Assembly: GCA_964457525.1 (NCBI GenBank)
Contig: CAYWGS010000030.1
Location: 9,372 to 14,933, forward strand
Origin: an uncultured Erysipelotrichaceae bacterium
GTDB lineage: Bacteria > Bacillota_I > Bacilli_A > Erysipelotrichales > Erysipelotrichaceae
Direction: 5' to 3'
DNA length: 5,562 nucleotides
The notes under the pieces are model-generated. The model was given only the letters and a program-made list of their open reading frames with translations. It was not told where the DNA came from and ran no database searches. Made by a program: the position numbers and the translations under genes. This document shows positions 1 to 5,562 of this stretch, piece after piece (the first letter of the stretch is position 1; every line of letters begins with the position of its first letter).

Positions 1-161
1 AGTTTTTTCAACATAAATATATCTTCAAATACCTTTTGATTTCCTTCTTCTAAAATACTTAGTATATAGAGAGCTTCAGCCTTTTCTTCTTTGCTTAATG
101 TATGAATAAACTCTAATATTAAATTCTTCCCACCAATCGTCTTATAAAAATACAATTTCAT
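1..161 (-). CDS. Type II toxin-antitoxin toxin, RelE/ParE superfamily, Gp49/HigB-like (5' part only; 3' end lies beyond the window)
   Basis: Manual reverse translation from ATG at 161..159 gives MKLYFYKTIGGKNLILEFIHTLSKEEKAEALYILSILEEGNQKVFEDIFMLKK..., open to the window edge. AAGGAG (minus strand, 168-173) lies 6 nt upstream. The layout (short N-terminal strand with F/Y, G..x..EFI..L, then a helical Lys/Glu-rich stretch ending LEE.G) resembles phage Gp49/HigB-like toxins (PF05973-type). Only 53 codons are visible. Confidence 0.5.
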   Translation of the reverse strand, partial: MKLYFYKTIGGKNLILEFIHTLSKEEKAEALYILSILEEGNQKVFEDIFMLKK

Positions 162-185
162 TATCGACTCCTTAGTATCGATAAT
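160..185 (-). promoter_or_regulatory. 8-bp inverted repeat ATTATCGA-N10-TCGATAAT spanning the toxin gene's SD and start codon (candidate TA operator or 5' mRNA hairpin)
   Basis: Read directly: 160-167 attatcga and 178-185 tcgataat are perfect reverse complements. The 10-nt spacer contains the SD (ctcctt on plus), and one arm includes the AT of the ATG. A minus-strand TATAAT (plus 195-200 attata) lies just upstream. The best -35-like hexamer is TAGACA (plus 220-225) at a non-ideal 19-nt spacing. Confidence 0.3.
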
Positions 186-257
186 ATCATAACTATTATA
201 CATCATTATTGATGTATTTTGTCTATATTATCAACATATCATACTTAAATTTATACA

Positions 258-286
258 AGAAAAAAAGAGATTCCTAAGAACCTCTT
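258..286 (-). terminator. Rho-independent terminator of the MBL-hydrolase gene
   Basis: Minus-strand RNA reads AAGAGGUUC-UUAG-GAAUCUCUU followed by UUUUUCU. This is a 9-bp stem (one G-U wobble), a tetraloop and a continuous run of 7 U, about 58 nt downstream of the stop at 344. The plus-strand version has an A-C mismatch and no U tail, so the signal is strand-specific. Confidence 0.65.
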
Positions 287-343
287 ATGTAATCTACATT
301 CTGTTTTATATGATAAATCCGTTATCACCTTAAAAAATTATGA

Positions 344-1150
344 CTATTTTTTAATTAGTCGATAAACTTCACCAGGCGCTATTACTCGAATTCTTTCAGG
401 ATTAACTACTTTATCCATTAAATTCTTAGGATCACCATTAAATGGAGTCATATCTGGCGCATCGACTGTCCCCCAGTGACAACATAACAACTCACTCTTT
501 GGATAAGTATTGGCTAATTTAACCGCATTATCAAACCCAATATGCCAAGAACTATCTGAGAAATCAAAGAATATCACATCTGCTTGAGGCATGTTTAACT
601 GTTCTGGAAGTAAACGTGAATCCCCAATTGCCCAAATACTTCCATCCGGTGTATCGATCCAGAATCCGCAATAATCTTCAAACGCATAGGTTCGATTATA
701 TTTAACAATTCCGTTCTTCCACGCATGATCTGCTGGAGTTAATTTAACTGAAACATTCTTTATTTCAAATTCATCTCCAATACTATGCCCAAACGATTTA
801 CATCCTTCACTTTCTAATATCGATGATACGAAGTGTGGCGCATGAAACTCATCCGTCACATCCTTTAGAATCTCAATCGTCGGCTTACTCAAATGATCAT
901 TATCATCATGTGTAATAAGTATCGCATCTAAATGAGGAACCTCTTCTGGAAGAATTGGTGTTTCTCTTAACAAAGGCATATCAAACCCTTTAAGGAGTGG
1001 ATCCACCATAATACAAGTCCCTCGAGAATTGATAAGATGACTCGAATTACCTAACCAACGAATCTCTGTATGCTCAATTGAAGTAAAAGCTTCTTGTTTG
1101 AAGTGTTGCGTCTCTGGAGCGATTGCTTGATATTTCTTTTCGATTGTCAT
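344..1150 (-). CDS. MBL-fold metallo-hydrolase (beta-lactamase superfamily, UlaG/COG2220-like)
   Basis: The ORF track gives 344..1192. I prefer the internal start ATG at 1150 (MTIEKKYQ...) because AAGAGG sits 7 nt upstream, whereas 1192 has no SD and would overlap a promoter-like TGcTAATAT. MBL motif series seen: IMVDP; ILITHDDNDH (position of the HxHxDH motif); HAPH; TPADH; IGDS; CCHWG. Confidence 0.8.
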   Translation of the reverse strand: MTIEKKYQAIAPETQHFKQEAFTSIEHTEIRWLGNSSHLINSRGTCIMVDPLLKGFDMPLLRETPILPEEVPHLDAILITHDDNDHLSKPTIEILKDVTDEFHAPHFVSSILESEGCKSFGHSIGDEFEIKNVSVKLTPADHAWKNGIVKYNRTYAFEDYCGFWIDTPDGSIWAIGDSRLLPEQLNMPQADVIFFDFSDSSWHIGFDNAVKLANTYPKSELLCCHWGTVDAPDMTPFNGDPKNLMDKVVNPERIRVIAPGEVYRLIKK

Positions 1151-1176
1151 AATTAACCTCTTATGTTTATATACTA

Positions 1177-1185
1177 ATATTAGCA
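1177..1185 (-). promoter_or_regulatory. Candidate extended -10 promoter element (TGcTAATAT) for the MBL-hydrolase gene
   Basis: Plus strand 1177-1185 atattagca equals minus strand TGCTAATAT (TGn + TAATAT), about 27 nt upstream of the preferred start at 1150. No convincing -35 was found. Assigned by eye only. Confidence 0.3.
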
Positions 1186-1262
1186 CATTCATTTCATCTT
1201 AATCTTGTCTTAAGCTATTCCATTTTATAGTTAATGTATGAAGTTCTTGCATGGTTTCATTA

Positions 1263-1294
1263 AATGTACTACTATAATAGTACAGTAGTACATT
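1263..1294 (+). promoter_or_regulatory. Putative GntR/YtrA operator overlapping the operon promoter: AATGTACTAC-N12-GTAGTACATT with TATAAT in the spacer
   Basis: 1263-1272 aatgtactac and 1285-1294 gtagtacatt are perfect reverse complements (10 bp). TATAAT at 1273-1278 starts the spacer. An extra TAGTACA half-site (1278-1284) pairs with TGTACTA (1265-1271), giving one left and two tandem right half-sites, all built on GTAC cores (GntR-family GT..AC type). AAGGAG at 1295-1300 and ATG at 1306 follow directly. The -35 is poor: TTGCAT at 1247-1252 has 20-nt spacing. Confidence 0.55.
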
Positions 1295-1305
1295 AAGGAG
1301 ACACT

Positions 1306-1680
1306 ATGATAAGTCTAAGCTCACTCAGTCGCACACCGATTTATCAACAAATCATCGAACAAATCCTTGCACAAATCGCTTGTGGTGCATTAGTTCCTGA
1401 CCAACAACTACCTGGTGTTCGCAATTTAGCGAATGATTTAGGCATTAATCCAAATACCGTTGTGAAGGCCTATACTGAACTTGAGATGAATGGATATATT
1501 TACTCACTTCAAGGAAAAGGATCTTTTGTGAAGAAACGGGATGGGGATTCAAACCTAGTTTCAATTAAATTAGAGGAAGTTGAGAAGGATTTGAATATCT
1601 TATATCAGTTAGGGATTCATAAAGAACGACTCTTAGAAATACTGAATCGAGTTTTTGATGAGGATAAAGCTCATGAATAA
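1306..1680 (+). CDS. GntR-family transcriptional regulator, YtrA subfamily (124 aa)
   Basis: The N-terminal wHTH signature is typical of GntR: PIYQQIIEQILAQIACGALVPDQQLPGVRNLANDLGINPNTVVKAYTELEMNGYIYSLQGKGSFV. The short (~45 aa) helical C-terminus with no effector-binding domain is the YtrA-subfamily hallmark. Strong SD AAGGAG lies 5 nt upstream. It sits directly upstream of ABC transporter genes, as in ytrA-type operons. Confidence 0.9.
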   Translation: MISLSSLSRTPIYQQIIEQILAQIACGALVPDQQLPGVRNLANDLGINPNTVVKAYTELEMNGYIYSLQGKGSFVKKRDGDSNLVSIKLEEVEKDLNILYQLGIHKERLLEILNRVFDEDKAHE

Positions 1681-2338
1681 CAATAAAAGTATTGCACATG
1701 AACTCAAAACTCCGCTAACGATTATCAAGGTTCAGATTGATGTCCTAAATGCACAAGATAATGCAGGGATAGAAGATTATCAATCCACATTAAAGGTTAT
1801 TGAACGAACCGTACTTAAGATGAGTAATCTACTCGATACCTTACTCGAAATCGATCCAAGTAAGAACCGTTTAGATGAATTATTAAATATGGAAGAGATT
1901 ATCCAAGATGTGATAGAGGATTTAGGTGTACTAGCAGCACAAAAGAACATCCAACTTAGTTATTCGATTAAGAATAGTCCACAAACCTATGGTAATTCAA
2001 TCTTAATGTATCGTTGTCTCTACAATCTCGCTGAGAATGCGATTAAATACAACCAATGTGGTGGTAAAGTAGAAATACAATGTGAATCCTGTCAGAAGAA
2101 ATATTGTATACGTATCTTAGATAATGGGATTGGTATTCCAAGTGATGAGTTAGATCTTATCTTTAAACCCTATTATCAATGTTCAAAGAATCAAGATGGA
2201 ATAGGATTAGGATTAGCCTTAGTTCAATCCATCGTATCGATGCATCAAGGAGAGATTCAAGTTAAAAGTGAAATGAATCAAGGATCACAGTTTATCTTAA
2301 GTTTCCCACAATTAAAGAAAGAGAATATGACCGTATGA
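1673..2338 (+). CDS. Histidine kinase catalytic core only (HisKA DHp + HATPase_c); no sensor, TM or HAMP region; possibly a truncated relic
   Basis: H-box SIAHELKTPLT (His codon 1697-1699). N-box LYNLAENAIKYN, G1 ILDNGIGIP, F-box IFKPYY and G2 DGIGLGLALV are all intact. The frame is closed upstream by TGA at 1643-1645, so at most 17 codons can precede the His. Candidate starts are TTG 1655, ATG 1658 and ATG 1673. I prefer 1673 (GAGGA at 1660-1664, 8-nt spacer; ATGAATAA overlaps the gntR stop). No in-frame stops occur over ~222 codons of AT-rich DNA. Confidence 0.7.
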   Translation: MNNNKSIAHELKTPLTIIKVQIDVLNAQDNAGIEDYQSTLKVIERTVLKMSNLLDTLLEIDPSKNRLDELLNMEEIIQDVIEDLGVLAAQKNIQLSYSIKNSPQTYGNSILMYRCLYNLAENAIKYNQCGGKVEIQCESCQKKYCIRILDNGIGIPSDELDLIFKPYYQCSKNQDGIGLGLALVQSIVSMHQGEIQVKSEMNQGSQFILSFPQLKKENMTV

Positions 2339-2369
2339 TTAACCAAACTATCCTTAAAGGAGTCAAATT

Positions 2370-3260
2370 ATGATTAATCTAAAGAATATAAACAAACAAT
2401 TCGATGAAAAAGCAGTCCTAGAGAACATAAACTGGGAAGTCCCAAAAGCCTCCATTTATGGACTTGTAGGGCCCAATGGTGCAGGTAAAAGTACCTTGTT
2501 GCGTATTATCTCTGGTGTCCTAAAAGCGGATGAAGGAACTGTCCTAGTAAATGGTGTCGATGTGTATGACAATCCAAGTATAAAGAAACACATCCTATTT
2601 GTATCGGATGATCCTTTCTTCTTACCTCAATCCACCATTAAAGAAATGAGACAATTCTATGAATTGTTCTACCCTAGTTTCAACGATAGTATGTATCATT
2701 CTCTCCTCAAAAAGTTTGGGTTAAGTGATACCGATAAAATCAGCGACTTCTCTAAAGGGATGAAACGACAAGCAAGTATTATCTTAGCTCTTTCTTGTAG
2801 TCCTGACATCTTATTGTTGGATGAAGCATTTGATGGACTTGATCCAGTCATGCGTTTAAACCTCAAACGAATTATTGCGAATGAACTCATGAATCGTGAG
2901 ATGACGGTTATTATTTCATCGCATAACTTAAGAGAACTTGAAGATATCTGTGATCGTATTGCACTTCTAAATAATCACACGATTACGATTCAAGATGAAA
3001 TCGAAAGTATTCGTAATCAATATCATAAGATTCAATTAGCGTATACCAATCCAATCGATGATAACGTCTTACATGATTTAGATCCAATGTACTTCGATAA
3101 GCGTGGAAACGTTTATATGATTGTTCTCAAAGGGGATTTAGAGGATAAGATGAAACAAATAAAAGAAACTCAACCGGTCTTATGCGAAGAAATTCCGATA
3201 ACAATGGAAGAAGTCTTTGTATATGAAATGGAGGCAAATGGCTATGGCACATCAATTTAG
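2370..3260 (+). CDS. ABC transporter ATP-binding protein (ABC-2/DrrA-YtrB-like, with C-terminal accessory domain)
   Basis: Walker A GPNGAGKST, signature-region variant FSKGMKRQ, Walker B ILLLDEAFDGLD and H-loop SSHNL are present. An ~80-aa C-terminal extension ends ITMEEVFVYEM, as in the accessory domain of ABC-2 ATPases. SD AAAGGAG lies 7 nt upstream of the ATG. The 31-nt gap after the kinase ORF has no hairpin. Confidence 0.92.
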   Translation: MINLKNINKQFDEKAVLENINWEVPKASIYGLVGPNGAGKSTLLRIISGVLKADEGTVLVNGVDVYDNPSIKKHILFVSDDPFFLPQSTIKEMRQFYELFYPSFNDSMYHSLLKKFGLSDTDKISDFSKGMKRQASIILALSCSPDILLLDEAFDGLDPVMRLNLKRIIANELMNREMTVIISSHNLRELEDICDRIALLNNHTITIQDEIESIRNQYHKIQLAYTNPIDDNVLHDLDPMYFDKRGNVYMIVLKGDLEDKMKQIKETQPVLCEEIPITMEEVFVYEMEANGYGTSI

Positions 3261-5481
3261 ATTAAGCAATAACCTCGATTATTTAAGATTCCTCGTTAAA
3301 CGTAATAGACGATTCATGATTTTAATGGGTTCTGGGATGATTGTTCTATACCCTATCCTTCTCTTAACCATTAAACTAATCAATCCAAGCGTAAACTTAG
3401 ATGAAATTCGAGGACTTGGACAAGTCTTCGCATCCATCCTATTGATTGTGTCCGCAATCTCTATTCCATTCCTTACTTTAGGCTATATGAATAGTAAGAA
3501 ACACTTGGATACCTATCACGCTTTACCGATCAAACGCAGTGATTTACTTGTTGTGAATGTTGTGGCAGCATTTATCATCATGGTAATTCCATACACTGTC
3601 GCATGGTTTGCGGGTGGATTGGTTGTATTATCTTCTGATTTTACCATTCTAGATATTCTTAAAACTTGGATCACAAGCTTAATGATTGTATCATCCATCT
3701 TCTCCATTATCGTGTTTACTCTCATGCATACAGGAACCAGTATTGATGGTTTACTCTATGGCATGGTGCTTAATTTCTTACCGATTTTAACCTATGCGGC
3801 TTATACTGCATTTAGTGCAATCGTATTACTCGGGTTTAATGGAGATTACATTGCACGCTATATTGGATTAATTTTCCCAATTTGGTCATTATTTGAAAAT
3901 CTATTCGAAGTAGAAACACGTTTGTGGGATAGTTCCATTCTTAATGGATTATACTGGCTCATTATTTCTGTGATTCTCCTTCTCGCAAGTCGTTATTTCT
4001 ATAAGATACGTAGACATGATAAAGCAGAATCCCCATTCACAAACCCATACTTCTTTACAGCCATCAGTGCATTTGTATCGGTTGTACTCGTATTCTTGAT
4101 GTATGCAGGATTCTATAGTATCAATGAATCGATTGATCAGAATTTCTTTAATCCAATCAACTTTATCTTCCCATTCTTCTTCACTGGTGTGATTTACCTC
4201 GTGATGGATACCATTTCCCAACGTAGCTTTAAGAATTTATATAGGGGCCTGTTAAGGTATTTGATTATCGCAACAATTGGATTTGGATTGCTCTTGCTCG
4301 GTTTATTCTCTAAAGGATTCGGTTATATCACTCGTTTACCTGAAGTCGATACAATTAAATCCATTGAGTTTAGACTTGAAGACTACAATAACATCATCAT
4401 TCCTAGAATAGACAATTACTATGAGAATGACTCAATGTCCTATCTCATTGATGATGAAAAAGGCATTCAGATTGTCCAGAATATGCATAAGATTATTCTA
4501 AGTGAGTATAAGTGGATCGATTACTCAAATCGTAATATCTACATGTATGATTCAAGGTTCATCGAAGAAATCCAATCAAAAGAAGGATATACTCAATCCT
4601 TCGAAGATTATCCGTATGCAATTAGTCCATATGAAGGAAGTATGTTAACCCTTCGATTTACTTATACTCTTAACTCAGGTTCTGTTGTATCTCGTTCCTA
4701 TACCATTCCTTATGAGTGGACAATGAGTTTAAAAGAACTCATGTATAACAAAGCGATGTTAAAGGCATATGCGCCAAATGTTGCACTAAGAGATAGCTAT
4801 AAGTATTTGAAATCCATTCAATTAACGAATGCATTCTCCCCTGTTTCAAAAGCAATTAGTTTGAATAACTTTGATTTTGAACAATTCAGTCAAGCCTATG
4901 AAAAAGACTTTGCAAGCTTATCTTCACAATCGATTTATGATTTACAACCTACAACCTTAGGTTATGTCAAAGTAAAAAATTGTAAGTCCGATAAAAATCA
5001 AAATAACTGTATCGAAAGCAGTATCTTAATTAACAGTCTCTATACTAATACCCTTAACTATCTAGATTCCATTGGCACAACCTTTCCTGATTTAGCCAAT
5101 TTTGCGGTATTAAAACCAATCCTCTTCATACATGATGAAAAATCAACTGAAGATCAAAAGTTCTATGTGGCAAATGGCATGAATATGTTCTCTAATGGCT
5201 TTGGTGGATATGATAAGATTGGCACATTTAAGGCAACCTATGTGGAACTCACAGAGGAACAACTCAAAGCAATACTTCCATACACCACTAATATGGGTGT
5301 TTCGAAAGAACCATTATTAAGCCTAATGATTGGAGAATCCATTACCTATAGTACAGAATATTCATTTAAAGGTAATAGTTTAATCCGTCCTGAATACATG
5401 GATGAAGTTCTAGAGCTTATCAAGGATAATCCCCGTAAGCTTATGACCGATCCTTATGAGTATATCCAAATAAAACAATAA
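3244..5481 (+). CDS. ABC-2-type permease-like polytopic membrane protein fused to a ~390-aa C-terminal extracytoplasmic domain of unknown function
   Basis: The ORF track gives 3217..5481 (TTG). In-frame ATGs occur at 3223, 3238 and 3244. GGAGG at 3230-3234 best serves ATG 3244 (9-nt spacer), giving MAHQFRLS... and a 17-nt overlap with the ATPase gene. There are 9-10 hydrophobic segments in ORF residues ~33-366. The loop after TM2, HLDTYHALPIKRSDL, resembles the LP(I/V)xR motif of ABC-2 permeases. Residues ~367-754 are hydrophilic with no TM segment and no motif I recognise. Confidence 0.8.
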   Translation: MAHQFRLSNNLDYLRFLVKRNRRFMILMGSGMIVLYPILLLTIKLINPSVNLDEIRGLGQVFASILLIVSAISIPFLTLGYMNSKKHLDTYHALPIKRSDLLVVNVVAAFIIMVIPYTVAWFAGGLVVLSSDFTILDILKTWITSLMIVSSIFSIIVFTLMHTGTSIDGLLYGMVLNFLPILTYAAYTAFSAIVLLGFNGDYIARYIGLIFPIWSLFENLFEVETRLWDSSILNGLYWLIISVILLLASRYFYKIRRHDKAESPFTNPYFFTAISAFVSVVLVFLMYAGFYSINESIDQNFFNPINFIFPFFFTGVIYLVMDTISQRSFKNLYRGLLRYLIIATIGFGLLLLGLFSKGFGYITRLPEVDTIKSIEFRLEDYNNIIIPRIDNYYENDSMSYLIDDEKGIQIVQNMHKIILSEYKWIDYSNRNIYMYDSRFIEEIQSKEGYTQSFEDYPYAISPYEGSMLTLRFTYTLNSGSVVSRSYTIPYEWTMSLKELMYNKAMLKAYAPNVALRDSYKYLKSIQLTNAFSPVSKAISLNNFDFEQFSQAYEKDFASLSSQSIYDLQPTTLGYVKVKNCKSDKNQNNCIESSILINSLYTNTLNYLDSIGTTFPDLANFAVLKPILFIHDEKSTEDQKFYVANGMNMFSNGFGGYDKIGTFKATYVELTEEQLKAILPYTTNMGVSKEPLLSLMIGESITYSTEYSFKGNSLIRPEYMDEVLELIKDNPRKLMTDPYEYIQIKQ

Positions 5482-5512
5482 GTGATTTAACACATGTATT
5501 TACAAATAAAAG

Positions 5513-5537
5513 AGGCTGTAACGAATAAACAGCTTTG
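5513..5537 (+). terminator. Weak candidate intrinsic terminator after the permease gene
   Basis: AGGCUGU-AACGAAUAA-ACAGCUU forms a 7-bp stem including one G-U, with a 9-nt loop. It is followed only by UG AAU, so the U tract is poor. It lies 32 nt after the stop at 5481. This is a marginal call. Confidence 0.25.
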
Positions 5538-5562
5538 AATAGAAGACAAATGAAAAGGTCCA

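Noticed and set aside
212-277. 21-codon plus-strand ORF (MYFVYIINISYLNLYKKKRDS) in the intergenic region
   Set aside because: It has no SD, overlaps the minus-strand terminator stem, and is of a size expected by chance in AT-rich DNA.
1151-1192. 14-codon N-terminal extension of the MBL-hydrolase ORF (MNVLILVYKHKRLI)
   Set aside because: No SD precedes the ATG at 1192. The internal ATG at 1150 has AAGAGG at ideal spacing, and a promoter-like TGcTAATAT lies inside the extension.
1669-2348. Similar 9-mers at both ends of the kinase ORF (ATGAATAAC at the gntR stop/kinase start, ATGATTAAC at the kinase stop) as a possible insertion or duplication scar
   Set aside because: It is an 8/9 match in AT-rich sequence between two ~30-nt windows. 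My rough estimate is that chance alone would produce this often, so it is not evidence of cassette insertion.
2745-2790. Degenerate ABC signature FSKGMKRQ instead of LSGGQ in the ATPase
   Set aside because: S-x-G-M-K-(Q/R) variants are normal for this ABC-2/bacitracin-type ATPase subfamily. Walker A, Walker B, the catalytic Glu and the H-loop are intact, so there is no sign of inactivation.
2696-2890. 64-aa ORF on the minus strand
   Set aside because: It lies entirely antisense within the well-supported ABC ATPase gene. It has no SD, a low-complexity Ser/Arg-rich translation and no recognisable motif.
3516-3725. 69-aa ORF on the minus strand
   Set aside because: It is antisense to the TM region of the permease gene. 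This looks like a shadow ORF, with no start context or motif.
3949-4221. 90-aa ORF on the minus strand
   Set aside because: It is antisense to the permease gene. The composition (His/Glu/Cys/Trp-rich) looks like a mirror-frame artefact, and there is no SD.
4312-5481. Idea that the permease C-terminal domain is an M1-type aminopeptidase, as in some ABC-2 permease fusions
   Set aside because: No HEXXH or GxMEN-like motif occurs anywhere in the domain, and its length (~390 aa) is too short for that fusion type.
5550-5562. ATGAAAAGGTCCA at the right edge as a possible start of the next gene
   Set aside because: Only 4 codons are visible and the SD is weak (AGAAG). This cannot be supported from the window.
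1-5562. Scan for CRISPR repeats, tRNA/rRNA-like structure, IS terminal inverted repeats or transposase/integrase ORFs
   Set aside because: No regularly spaced direct repeats, no GC-rich structured RNA-like segments and no additional long ORFs were found. The six-frame track is fully accounted for by the five full-length genes, their antisense shadows and the manually found edge toxin fragment.

Overview
AT-rich, low-GC Bacillota-like window. No rRNA, tRNA, CRISPR or transposase signal was seen. Left part, minus strand: the 5' end of a Gp49/HigB-like type II toxin gene (runs off the window), and an MBL-fold metallo-hydrolase gene with a clear intrinsic terminator. A divergent intergenic region (1151-1305) carries a perfect 10-bp inverted repeat that brackets a TATAAT box, a likely GntR operator. 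Right part, plus strand: a tightly packed four-gene operon. It encodes a short YtrA-subfamily GntR regulator, a histidine-kinase catalytic core (DHp + HATPase) with no sensor or TM domain, an ABC-2-type ATPase, and a ~745-aa ABC-2-like permease whose C-terminal ~390 aa form a probable extracytoplasmic domain with no motif I recognise. No response regulator is visible. The most unusual feature is the kinase core wedged between a YtrA-type repressor and its ABC exporter. It overlaps the regulator gene across a T5 tract, where a 1-nt shift would fuse the two proteins. It also carries a CX7CX2CX4C cluster in the ATP-binding domain. It could equally be a truncated relic, and only comparative data can decide. 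All family assignments rest on motifs read by eye, with no database search.
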